Part shown: positions 11,155 through 19,995 of the stretch, piece after piece
How positions within the stretch are numbered: position 1 is the stretch's first letter
How the letters are laid out: each line of letters starts with the position of its first letter
Assembly (NCBI GenBank): GCA_002698665.1
Contig: NZZP01000036.1
Location: 5,125-69,124 of the forward strand
From: Gammaproteobacteria bacterium
GTDB taxonomy: Bacteria; Pseudomonadota; Gammaproteobacteria; GCA-002705445; GCA-002716945
Direction: 5' to 3'
Length of the DNA stretch: 64,000 nt
Position numbers and translations under genes: made by a program
Notes under the pieces: model-generated
What the model was told of the DNA's origin: nothing
The model's input: the letters and a program-made list of their open reading frames with translations, nothing else
Database searches by the model: none

Positions 11155-12986
11155 GTTTATTGAAAATATCTGATCCTCTGAATGATCATCAAAAAATACC
11201 TAAATTAGTGGTAGGTATTGATCTGGGTACTACTAATTCATTGGTTGCAACCTATGATACTAATTATAAAATCTATACTGATTCTGGTCATGATTTGATA
11301 CCATCTATTGTTGCTTTCTCACCTGAACATGACATATCAGTTGGTATAGGTGCAATAAAATTAGTAGATGATTCAGAAGTAAAGACAGTATCCTCAATCA
11401 AGCGGATAATGGGCTTATCATATGATCAAATTGACGAAGTATCATTACCTTTTGACTATCCTATTATAAAGCTCAATAATATGCCTTCTATATCAATACA
11501 TAAAAAAAACTATAGTCCTATAGATATATCATCTTTGATTTTAAAACATTTAAGAAATATTGTTGAAAAAACAGAAAATAGTACATTAGATGGTGCTGTT
11601 ATTACAGTGCCAGCATATTTTGATGACATCCAAAGACAAGCAACAAAAAATGCTGCAAAGTTAGCCGGTGTGAATACTTTGAGATTATTAAATGAGCCTA
11701 CAGCAGCAGCATTAGCATATGGGTTAGACTCACAAGATCAAGGATCATTTATTATTTATGATTTAGGTGGTGGTACTTTTGATGTTTCTGTTCTAACGCT
11801 TGATAATGGAGTATTTAAAGTTTTATCAACTAATGGAGATACAATGTTAGGCGGTGATGATATTGATATTATTCTATCTAATTGGCTCAAAAATAAATAT
11901 GAATTTCTTTCTGATGTACCTTTACTAACCTTAAGAGGTATTGCGAAAATAATGAAAGAGTCACTTAGTACAAATGACTCTATTGAGCACACATTCAACA
12001 ATCATATACTTAAGATTACAAGAAAAGAGCTTGATGAACTTATTATGCCTTTAATAACTAAAACTATAAAAATTGTAAAAGATGCAGTTAAGGCATCAGA
12101 GAAAAATATTAATGATATAAATAAAATTGTATTAGTAGGTGGTAGTACAAGACTATTATTAGTGAGAGAATTACTACATAACGAATTGAATTGTGAAGTT
12201 CTGAGTAATATAGACCCTGACAAAGTAGTAGCTTATGGTGCTGCTATACAAGCTTCTATCATAGCGGGGCAAAATCAAGATGATGTATTATTGCTTGATG
12301 TCCTACCATTATCGCTTGGTATCGAAACTTATGGAGGGTTGGTGGAAAAAATAATTACTCGTAATACACCAATACCTATAACATCTACAAAAACATTTAC
12401 TACATTTAAAGACGGACAGACAAAACTTCTGGTTCATATTCTCCAGGGAGAACGAGAATTAGTAAATGATTGTAAGTCATTAGGCCAATTCATTTTGTCT
12501 AGTATTCCACCTATGGTATCTGGTGCTGCAAGAATAGATGTTGAGTTTCAAATAGATGTGGATGGGCTTCTGTCTGTTACTGCCATAGAAAAAAATTCCG
12601 GCGTGATGTCATCAATAGATGTTAAACCATCTTATGGGCTTAGTGAAGTTGAAATAACAAAAATGATAGAGGAATCAAACTCTCATGCTAATAGTGATAT
12701 GGCTGCAAGAAAACTTAATGAATCAAAAGTTGAGGCTAAGCGTGTTATTTATGCTCTGGAACAAGCATTAATAAAAGATGGTAATGAATTATTATCAGAT
12801 AATGAGGTATCTACTATAAAGCAATCATTATCAGAATTAAAGTCATCACTAGATAAAAATGACCCAGATTTAATTAATCATAATATTAAACAAACAGAAC
12901 AAATATCTGAATTTTATGTTGATAGAAGAATGAATAGAAGTATCAACTCCTTCATTGCAGGAAAAGGTGTTGATGATATACTGTAA
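11151..12986 (+). CDS. hscA: Fe-S assembly chaperone HscA (Hsp70)
   Basis: [38 protein letters not shown]. Confidence 0.97.
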   Translation: MSLLKISDPLNDHQKIPKLVVGIDLGTTNSLVATYDTNYKIYTDSGHDLIPSIVAFSPEHDISVGIGAIKLVDDSEVKTVSSIKRIMGLSYDQIDEVSLPFDYPIIKLNNMPSISIHKKNYSPIDISSLILKHLRNIVEKTENSTLDGAVITVPAYFDDIQRQATKNAAKLAGVNTLRLLNEPTAAALAYGLDSQDQGSFIIYDLGGGTFDVSVLTLDNGVFKVLSTNGDTMLGGDDIDIILSNWLKNKYEFLSDVPLLTLRGIAKIMKESLSTNDSIEHTFNNHILKITRKELDELIMPLITKTIKIVKDAVKASEKNINDINKIVLVGGSTRLLLVRELLHNELNCEVLSNIDPDKVVAYGAAIQASIIAGQNQDDVLLLDVLPLSLGIETYGGLVEKIITRNTPIPITSTKTFTTFKDGQTKLLVHILQGERELVNDCKSLGQFILSSIPPMVSGAARIDVEFQIDVDGLLSVTAIEKNSGVMSSIDVKPSYGLSEVEITKMIEESNSHANSDMAARKLNESKVEAKRVIYALEQALIKDGNELLSDNEVSTIKQSLSELKSSLDKNDPDLINHNIKQTEQISEFYVDRRMNRSINSFIAGKGVDDIL

Positions 12987-12991
12987 ACGAA

Positions 12992-13336
12992 ATGCCTAAG
13001 ATTACTTTTTTACCTAATGATGATATATGTCCAGAAGGAGCTGTTATTGAGGTACCTAAGGGTACAAGTATATGTAAAGCTGCACTTGATAATGGTATTC
13101 CGTTAGAACACGCTTGTGAGCTATCATGTGCATGCACAACATGCCATGTATATGTTATAGAGGGTATCGATTCACTTGACGATGCAACTGATGATGAAGA
13201 TGATTATTTAGACAAAGCTTGGGGGCTTAAGTCAAATTCTAGATTAAGTTGCCAGGCGATTGTTCAGGATAAAGATTTAATAATTGAAATTCCAAAATAT
13301 ACAATTAATCATGCATCAGAAAGGCATTCATCATGA
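12992..13336 (+). CDS. fdx: ISC-system [2Fe-2S] ferredoxin
   Basis: HACELSCACTTCH...RLSCQ. Confidence 0.97.
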   Translation: MPKITFLPNDDICPEGAVIEVPKGTSICKAALDNGIPLEHACELSCACTTCHVYVIEGIDSLDDATDDEDDYLDKAWGLKSNSRLSCQAIVQDKDLIIEIPKYTINHASERHSS

Positions 13337-13530
13337 AACTCACATGGCTTGATACATATGAGATAGCGTTAATGCTAGATGAAAAATATCCAGATATAGA
13401 CCCTAGAGTACTAAGATTTACTGATTTACATAAATGGATCACTAACCTAGAAGACTTTGATGATGATCCAGATAAATCGAATGAGAAAATTCTTGAAGAT
13501 ATTCAAATGAAGTGGATAGATGAAAAATAA
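13333..13530 (+). CDS. iscX: Fe-S assembly protein IscX
   Basis: LTWLD..EIA, RFTDLHKWI, FDDDPDKSNEKILE. Confidence 0.95.
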   Translation: MKLTWLDTYEIALMLDEKYPDIDPRVLRFTDLHKWITNLEDFDDDPDKSNEKILEDIQMKWIDEK

Positions 13531-13934
13531 TGATTATTGAACAAACTCTTGCCATAATAAAACCAGATGCGATAAATAGAAATTTGATAGGTTCTATTAT
13601 TAATTTGATAGAACAAAACAACTTAAATGTAAAAGATATTTTGATGAGGCGAATCTCCACCAAAGAAGCTAAAGAGTTTTACAAAATACATACTGATAGA
13701 GAGTTCTTTTCAAAACTCATTGAATATATGACATCTGGACCCATAGTTGTTATGCTCCTTGAAGGAGATGATGCTGTTAATAGATATAGAAAAATAATGG
13801 GTTCTACGAATCCAGATACTGCAGAAAGTGGTACTATTAGAAAATTATATGGCTTAAATACAACAGAAAATTCTGTTCATGGTTCTGATAGTATCGATAA
13901 TGCAGATATTGAGATTAAATTTTTTTTTAAGTAA
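13530..13934 (+). CDS. ndk: Nucleoside diphosphate kinase
   Basis: TLAIIKPDA, MTSGP, NSVHGSDS. Confidence 0.97.
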   Translation: MIIEQTLAIIKPDAINRNLIGSIINLIEQNNLNVKDILMRRISTKEAKEFYKIHTDREFFSKLIEYMTSGPIVVMLLEGDDAVNRYRKIMGSTNPDTAESGTIRKLYGLNTTENSVHGSDSIDNADIEIKFFFK

Positions 13935-13942
13935 TAGTTAAT

Positions 13943-15223
13943 ATGGCAAAAGATAAAATTAAATCAATTAAAGGCTTCAAAGATATCCTATCTGATGAGG
14001 TGAGATATTATAGGTATTTGGAATCTCTACTTTTACAAAAAACATTGCAACATCATATAGAGGAAATGAGATTTCCTATATTAGAAAAATCTGAACTTTT
14101 TAATAGAACTATAGGCGAATCATCTGACATTATTACTAAAGAAATGTATGATTTTATAGATAAGAATGGAGACTCTATTTGTTTGAGACCAGAAGGCACG
14201 GCGTCTTTAGTAAGAACTGCTATAGAGCATAACTTAATTTATGACCGTGGTATTAAAAAGCAAAAGTATTGGTATTATGGGCCTATGTTTCGTCATGAGA
14301 AACCTCAACGAGGTAGGTATAGACAGTTTAATCAATTTGGCATAGAATTTTTTGGATATTCAGATACCAATAGTGATTTGGAAGTAATCTCATTCGGAGA
14401 TAAATTGTTTAAAGAACTATCTTTAAAGAATATAACTCTATATGTTAATTCACTTGGAAGCCATGACGATAGAGTCAAGTATAAGAAAGTTATCGTAGAT
14501 TATTTAAGTAAATCTATTGATGTGTTGACAGATGAGCAGAAAAACACACTTTCTAAAAACCCATTACGTTTACTCGATAATAAAAGTGACAATATACAAA
14601 AATTACTTAATGGCATACCTAAGTTATATGATAATTTATCTGAATCATCTAAAAAGAGATATGACAGATTGCTTGATAAACTTACTAAGTTAGGTATCAC
14701 ATTTATCAATGATAATTCAATTGTAAGAGGGTTGGATTATTATAATGATACAGTATTTGAGTGGCGTCATGACAATTTAGGTAGCCATGGTGCCATTTGC
14801 GCAGGAGGTAGGTACGATAATTTAGTTAATTCTATTGGTGGATATGATGTGCCAGCTATTGGTTTTGCTATAGGAGTTGAGAGAGTTGTTGATTTACTTA
14901 AAAATATACCAAACAAAATCATTACATCATATACAATACCGATTATTAATTTATGCTCAGAAGATTCAATAAATTCTATAGAAATATCTGATAAACTCAG
15001 ATCCAAATATCCTACAATTGGATTTATAAATACTGATTCATCTTCAAGCTTTTCCTCTCAAGTAAAACATTCATTGAAGATTAATGATGAATTTATTATT
15101 ATAATTAATGATAAAAATGTTGAAGAAAATAAAGTTACAGTACGACATAAATCTACTAAGATGTCTGATATGAATTTATCAATAAATGAACTATATGATT
15201 TAATTGGTAAGAGTTATGAATAA
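13943..15223 (+). CDS. hisS: Histidine-tRNA ligase
   Basis: KEMYDF, LRPEGTAS, FRHEKPQRGRYRQF, VRGLDYY, GGRYD. Confidence 0.98.
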   Translation: MAKDKIKSIKGFKDILSDEVRYYRYLESLLLQKTLQHHIEEMRFPILEKSELFNRTIGESSDIITKEMYDFIDKNGDSICLRPEGTASLVRTAIEHNLIYDRGIKKQKYWYYGPMFRHEKPQRGRYRQFNQFGIEFFGYSDTNSDLEVISFGDKLFKELSLKNITLYVNSLGSHDDRVKYKKVIVDYLSKSIDVLTDEQKNTLSKNPLRLLDNKSDNIQKLLNGIPKLYDNLSESSKKRYDRLLDKLTKLGITFINDNSIVRGLDYYNDTVFEWRHDNLGSHGAICAGGRYDNLVNSIGGYDVPAIGFAIGVERVVDLLKNIPNKIITSYTIPIINLCSEDSINSIEISDKLRSKYPTIGFINTDSSSSFSSQVKHSLKINDEFIIIINDKNVEENKVTVRHKSTKMSDMNLSINELYDLIGKSYE

Positions 15224-15833
15224 TCAGTATTCAGAAGAGGAATATAAACTAATAGATTGGTTTAAGTCTAATCTGTTTAATATATTAACTGGGATATTTT
15301 TAGGATTTATTCTTATATTTAGTTATAAATACTATAATGATTCTATAGAGAATGAGCAGTATACATTATCACAAAGATATCAAGCTGCTATTTCAAAATC
15401 TAATGAACAAGATACTGATGCAATATTGATACTTTCTAATGAACTAGAAAAATCTAACCCGAATAATATATACACAGCTATGACTAACCTATATGCATCA
15501 AAAATATTGGTTGAAAGTAATAATCAAAGTGATGCACAACAGAAATTAAATTTTATCATTGAAAATTCTGATGTAGATGAGATTAAGATTATAGCGAAAC
15601 TTAGATTAGCACGACTATATATACATCAAAAATATTTTAAAAAGGCTAAAACTCTAGTTTTATCAGTTCCACAATATGAAGATAATCCTTTGTTTAATGA
15701 GATATTAGGAGATATTGAATATGCTAATAACAATATCCCTTCTGCAAGAAGGTATTATGAATTAAGTCTTGACGGTGATTTAGTACCCAACAAAAGAAAG
15801 ATTATTGAGAACAAACTTAGCTCAATAAATTGA
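15216..15833 (+). CDS. yfgM: Ancillary SecYEG chaperone YfgM (TPR)
   Basis: EEE..LIDWFK followed by a TM helix, AKLRLAR, EILGDI; lies between hisS and bamB. Confidence 0.85.
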   Translation: MNNQYSEEEYKLIDWFKSNLFNILTGIFLGFILIFSYKYYNDSIENEQYTLSQRYQAAISKSNEQDTDAILILSNELEKSNPNNIYTAMTNLYASKILVESNNQSDAQQKLNFIIENSDVDEIKIIAKLRLARLYIHQKYFKKAKTLVLSVPQYEDNPLFNEILGDIEYANNNIPSARRYYELSLDGDLVPNKRKIIENKLSSIN

Positions 15834-15838
15834 TACAT

Positions 15839-17041
15839 ATGAAAAATATAGTTAAATCATTTATTCTTTTATTTATTTCTAGCTGTTCCTATATTGATGG
15901 TTTTAATATATTTACTTCCAGCTCATCCAGTACTCAGGTTGAAAACGTCAAAGTCGAGAGATTATGGTCTAAATCTATTGGTCAGTCAAAAAATTCAAAA
16001 ACTGGTTTCTTACAACCTTTTTTATTTGAGGATACAATTTATACTATAGATACAGATGGTGTTGTTACAGCAACAAATGTCCTAAATGCTGATAAAGATT
16101 GGTCATATAATCTTGATATGGATGTTTCCTCTGGCCTTCTTTTTCATAATAATATTTTTTATTTCGGCACACCAGACGGTAAGCTCTATGGCTACCATAT
16201 TGATAAAATTTCGTCTGGCAATAGTTTTAAGGATGCCTTTGATTTCACAGGAGTTTTCGAAACAAGTGCACTCATTCCAGATATAAGCATACAACTTAAT
16301 AGTGAAATAGCATCAGCAGCTACAGGAGTTGATGACTTGGTTTTTGTCAAACTCGATGATGGTGATACTGTCGCGATAAATACTTTATCAAGTGATGTTG
16401 CATGGGTTTATAAAGGTAAAAATGTTCCATTAAGCATGAAAGGATCGGGATCAATAGCTCATAATCAATCTAATATATATGTTGCAAGAGATGATGGAAA
16501 TATAGTTTCATTAACTTCAGATAGTGGAAAGCTTAATTGGCTAATTTCTGTTTCACCAAGATCAGGTCGTAATGAACTAGAATCGCTAAGGGATATGGAA
16601 ATGACACCATTAGTTACATCTGGAGAAGTATTTACTGGAAATTATCAAGGAAATTTGGTCTCTATTGACTTATTCACTGGTAATATAATCTGGTCAAACC
16701 CTATGTCAGTAATTTCTAATGTCAGTGTAGATTATGACAATTTATATGTATCTGATAATTCAGGAAAGATTTACTCAATAGATAGGTATGATGGAACTAT
16801 AAAATGGAAAATGAGTAATCCTGATAATCTAATTTCTACACAAACATATGTTTACAATGATTATCTAATATCTTTTAGCATAGATGGACATATTATCATA
16901 TTAGATAAAGATACAGGCAAATTACTATCATTTAAGAAAATTATTGACTCTGTGGAACCGCAATCAAGTGGCTACATAATAGATAAAGTGCTTTATATAG
17001 TTAGTAAAAATGGTAGACTCAACGCAATTCAAATTAATTAA
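15839..17041 (+). CDS. bamB: Outer membrane protein assembly factor BamB (PQQ-type beta-propeller lipoprotein)
   Basis: Lipobox ISSC, repeated G..W propeller motifs, GRNELESLRD; lies between yfgM and der. Confidence 0.85.
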   Translation: MKNIVKSFILLFISSCSYIDGFNIFTSSSSSTQVENVKVERLWSKSIGQSKNSKTGFLQPFLFEDTIYTIDTDGVVTATNVLNADKDWSYNLDMDVSSGLLFHNNIFYFGTPDGKLYGYHIDKISSGNSFKDAFDFTGVFETSALIPDISIQLNSEIASAATGVDDLVFVKLDDGDTVAINTLSSDVAWVYKGKNVPLSMKGSGSIAHNQSNIYVARDDGNIVSLTSDSGKLNWLISVSPRSGRNELESLRDMEMTPLVTSGEVFTGNYQGNLVSIDLFTGNIIWSNPMSVISNVSVDYDNLYVSDNSGKIYSIDRYDGTIKWKMSNPDNLISTQTYVYNDYLISFSIDGHIIILDKDTGKLLSFKKIIDSVEPQSSGYIIDKVLYIVSKNGRLNAIQIN

Positions 17042-17049
17042 TAATTGCG

Positions 17050-18354
17050 ATGGAAAATTTTATATCGATAGTTGGTAGAACTAATGTTGGGAAATCCCTT
17101 CTATTTAATAAACTTACAAAATCAAGAAAGTCTCTTGTATTAGATCACGATGGGTTAACTAGAGATATCAATATTGGGTCTATGAAATTAGGTAATGGTA
17201 TTATTCATATTCAAGATACCGGAGGGATACCTTTGGTTGAAGACAAAATTAATAATATGGTTGCTGAAAAATCATATTCATCAGTACATATATCAAAAAT
17301 CATCTTATTTGTTGTGTCTGCAAGTGATGGTTTATTAAATCAAGACTATGATATTTGCAAAAAACTTCAAAAACTTAGATGTAAAATAATATTAATTGTG
17401 AATAAATGTGATATAACAAAAAAAGAATATAACATAAACGATTTTTATAAATTAGGTATCAATGAAGTATTTCATATCTCAGCAAAAGACAATACAGGAT
17501 TATCTGAACTACAACAAAGATTATCTGATATTGCTGAAAACGAATCATCACAGAATATATTTAGACGGATATCAATAATAGGTAAACCAAATGCTGGGAA
17601 ATCTACACTAATAAATACCATATTAAAGGATAGTAGGATGATTACTTCTGATATAGCAGGGACTACTATTGATTCAATTGAAGTACCATTTATTTATAAA
17701 GAAAATCAATTCTTATTATATGATACCGCCGGAATTATACGAAAATCTAAAGCAATTTCTTTAGTACAAAAATATAGTATCAGCGCCACCCTTAAAACTA
17801 TTAAAACTACAGATATATGTGTTTTTATATTAGATGCAGAACAAGGTATAACTAAACAAGACAAAAATATTCTAAATCTTATACAAGATTCTAATAAAGC
17901 ATTCCTCATCGTAGTTAACAAAATTGATAAATTATCAAAACCATTGTTATTAGAATTAAAAAGAGAACTTCATTATTTTTCTAATATTACTGACAATGCT
18001 GAAATAATTTATATTTCTGCTTTAAAAAATCAAAATATTAAAAGATTCCTAAAAACAATATGCGATATATCTTATTCTGTTTTTAAGAGGTATAAATCTT
18101 CAGATTTGACTAAAATCCTAGAACAAGCTGTATCAGAACATCCTCCGCCAATGATAAAAAATAAAAGAATTAAGTTAAAATTTGTTCAACAATCAAAAAC
18201 TGATTCTCTTAAATTAATAATTTATGGCAATCAGACCGACAAACTACCACTTACCTATGAAAAGTACCTGAAGAATTACTTTATAGATAAACTTCAATTA
18301 GTCGGTATACCGATAAAGATTAAACTATCCAAAGAAAAAAACCCATTCAAATGA
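17050..18354 (+). CDS. der: Ribosome biogenesis GTPase Der
   Basis: Two GTPase domains (GRTNVGKS/DTGG/NKCD and GKPNAGKS/DTAG/NKID) plus a KH-like tail. Confidence 0.96.
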   Translation: MENFISIVGRTNVGKSLLFNKLTKSRKSLVLDHDGLTRDINIGSMKLGNGIIHIQDTGGIPLVEDKINNMVAEKSYSSVHISKIILFVVSASDGLLNQDYDICKKLQKLRCKIILIVNKCDITKKEYNINDFYKLGINEVFHISAKDNTGLSELQQRLSDIAENESSQNIFRRISIIGKPNAGKSTLINTILKDSRMITSDIAGTTIDSIEVPFIYKENQFLLYDTAGIIRKSKAISLVQKYSISATLKTIKTTDICVFILDAEQGITKQDKNILNLIQDSNKAFLIVVNKIDKLSKPLLLELKRELHYFSNITDNAEIIYISALKNQNIKRFLKTICDISYSVFKRYKSSDLTKILEQAVSEHPPPMIKNKRIKLKFVQQSKTDSLKLIIYGNQTDKLPLTYEKYLKNYFIDKLQLVGIPIKIKLSKEKNPFK

Positions 18355-18365
18355 ATGGGTTTTTT
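18335..18365. terminator. Bidirectional intrinsic terminator overlapping the der stop codon
   Basis: A-tract, CCCATTC-AAAT-GAATGGG hairpin, T-tract, between convergent der and the DUF4242 gene. Confidence 0.8.
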
Positions 18366-18382
18366 ATTTAATCAACTAATTA

Positions 18383-18655
18383 TTATTCAGCTGTTTTTGG
18401 ACTGATTACATTTTTTACTTCTGAAATACTGTTTGCTGGAAAACCTCCAGTTGAAGCATGTTGTTTGATTAACTCTTCATTATCAGCATTGTATACACAG
18501 TAAACTTTGTCACCAGTTACGTAACTATGAACCCATTCTATGCCAGTGCCCATATCTTTTAATATTCCACAAGATTTTTGTGATATACCCTTTAGATCAT
18601 CTTGTTTTAATTCACCAGCGCCTGGGATTTCTCTTTCTATTACATATTGCGGCAT
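18383..18655 (-). CDS. DUF4242 / SCO4226-like (nickel-binding family) protein
   Basis: MPQYVIEREIPGAG, WVHSYV..DKVYCVY.A, H...GGFPANSISEV; strong AGGAGG RBS. Confidence 0.8.
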   Translation of the reverse strand: MPQYVIEREIPGAGELKQDDLKGISQKSCGILKDMGTGIEWVHSYVTGDKVYCVYNADNEELIKQHASTGGFPANSISEVKNVISPKTAE

Positions 18656-18696
18656 TTTACCCCTCCTTTATTTAATATATCTATTCTGCTATTAAT

Positions 18697-19539
18697 TTAC
18701 TCAAGCTTCAAGTGGAAATAATGACTAATTGTTCCATCTATAAATAATTTTGGGTTAATATATGCCTTATTCATTATTAAAGACCAATGAAGATGTGGGC
18801 CAGCAGAGGCGCCGGTATTTCCAACTTTACCTATAATTTGTCCCTTTTCAACAAATTCATTTTTATCTACAAGTACATCACTTAAGTGAATAAATAAGCT
18901 TTTTAAACCTCTACCATGATCCAAAAAGACAAATTTACCATTATAATAATAATCTCCAGTCAGAATAATTTTTCCAGACGAGGGCGCACTAATATATGTG
19001 CCTTCTGGAGCCGCTATATCTAGTCCATTATGATATCTTCCTTTTTTTCCATTATAATATCTTTCTGTGCCAAAAAAACCCGTATAAATACCATTCAATG
19101 GTTTGATAAAATCAATATCTGGATTCACATCAATCCAAACCTGTCTTGCTTTATTAAGAGTTTCTTTTTCATGTTTAATTCTCTTTAAATCTATGATAGA
19201 TGGCTGAATATATTTATTCTTAATCGTAATGTACTGTTTAGTAAAATCTTTTGGGGTCAGATTAATGTCAATAGACAAATACAAATCATCATGACTTAAA
19301 GTCAATGGATATATATCCGATTTATTATTATATGATATTCCATACATTAAAAAATACCTATCATTACGATTTATAGTAAGAATCTGGTTTTTTTTATATG
19401 CAATTTTATTATCATAGTCATTTTTAGAGATTTCATGTATGTAGACATCACCTCGAGATATAGGTATATCATTCGCAGATAAATTATTAGGCAGTATTGA
19501 TAGGATTGTTGTAGATAGAACTAATATAAAGTTTTGCAT
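18697..19539 (-). CDS. M23-family peptidoglycan DD-metalloendopeptidase
   Basis: HNGLD and GPHLHW zinc motifs, LDHGRGLKS, N-terminal signal peptide. Confidence 0.9.
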   Translation of the reverse strand: MQNFILVLSTTILSILPNNLSANDIPISRGDVYIHEISKNDYDNKIAYKKNQILTINRNDRYFLMYGISYNNKSDIYPLTLSHDDLYLSIDINLTPKDFTKQYITIKNKYIQPSIIDLKRIKHEKETLNKARQVWIDVNPDIDFIKPLNGIYTGFFGTERYYNGKKGRYHNGLDIAAPEGTYISAPSSGKIILTGDYYYNGKFVFLDHGRGLKSLFIHLSDVLVDKNEFVEKGQIIGKVGNTGASAGPHLHWSLIMNKAYINPKLFIDGTISHYFHLKLE

Positions 19540-19548
19540 ATAAATACA

Positions 19549-19932
19549 TCAATTTAGAATATGGCCAGTATCCTTCCACCCTTTTCTGGTATATTTGGTT
19601 GTAATTGTAGTAATAATACCACCCCTAACTTTCCAATATCCTATAACAGACATATATCGTGGTTTAATTAATTGAGTTAAATCACGTAGAATATTATTAG
19701 TATTATCTTCATGGAATGCGCCTACATCTCTATATGATGCCATGTATAGTTTGAGTGACTTAAGCTCTATACATAATTTATCTGGTACAATATTTATGGC
19801 AAATTCAGCAAAATCAGGCTGTCCAGTGAGTGGGCAGAGACATGTAAATTCCGGAATATCCATGGTAATGAGATAGTCTGTATTAGGGTGTGGATTTTTA
19901 AATGTATCTAGTAATATAGTTTTAGTTTTCAC
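19549..19932 (-). CDS. queF: PreQ1 synthase QueF (short unimodular type)
   Basis: EFTCLCPLTGQPDFA, ELKSLKLY, FHE, RGGI; GTG start with AGGAGG RBS. Confidence 0.96.
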   Translation of the reverse strand: MKTKTILLDTFKNPHPNTDYLITMDIPEFTCLCPLTGQPDFAEFAINIVPDKLCIELKSLKLYMASYRDVGAFHEDNTNNILRDLTQLIKPRYMSVIGYWKVRGGIITTITTKYTRKGWKDTGHILN

Positions 19933-19995
19933 AATAAACCTCCTGATAGTAGTATTATACCTAAGATTTTATTATAATCTATTTAAGGGTTTTCT

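Noticed and set aside
19933-19995. PreQ1 riboswitch upstream of queF
   Set aside because: The 63-nt divergent spacer is taken up by RBS and -10-like elements; no preQ1 aptamer stem or A-rich tail recognised
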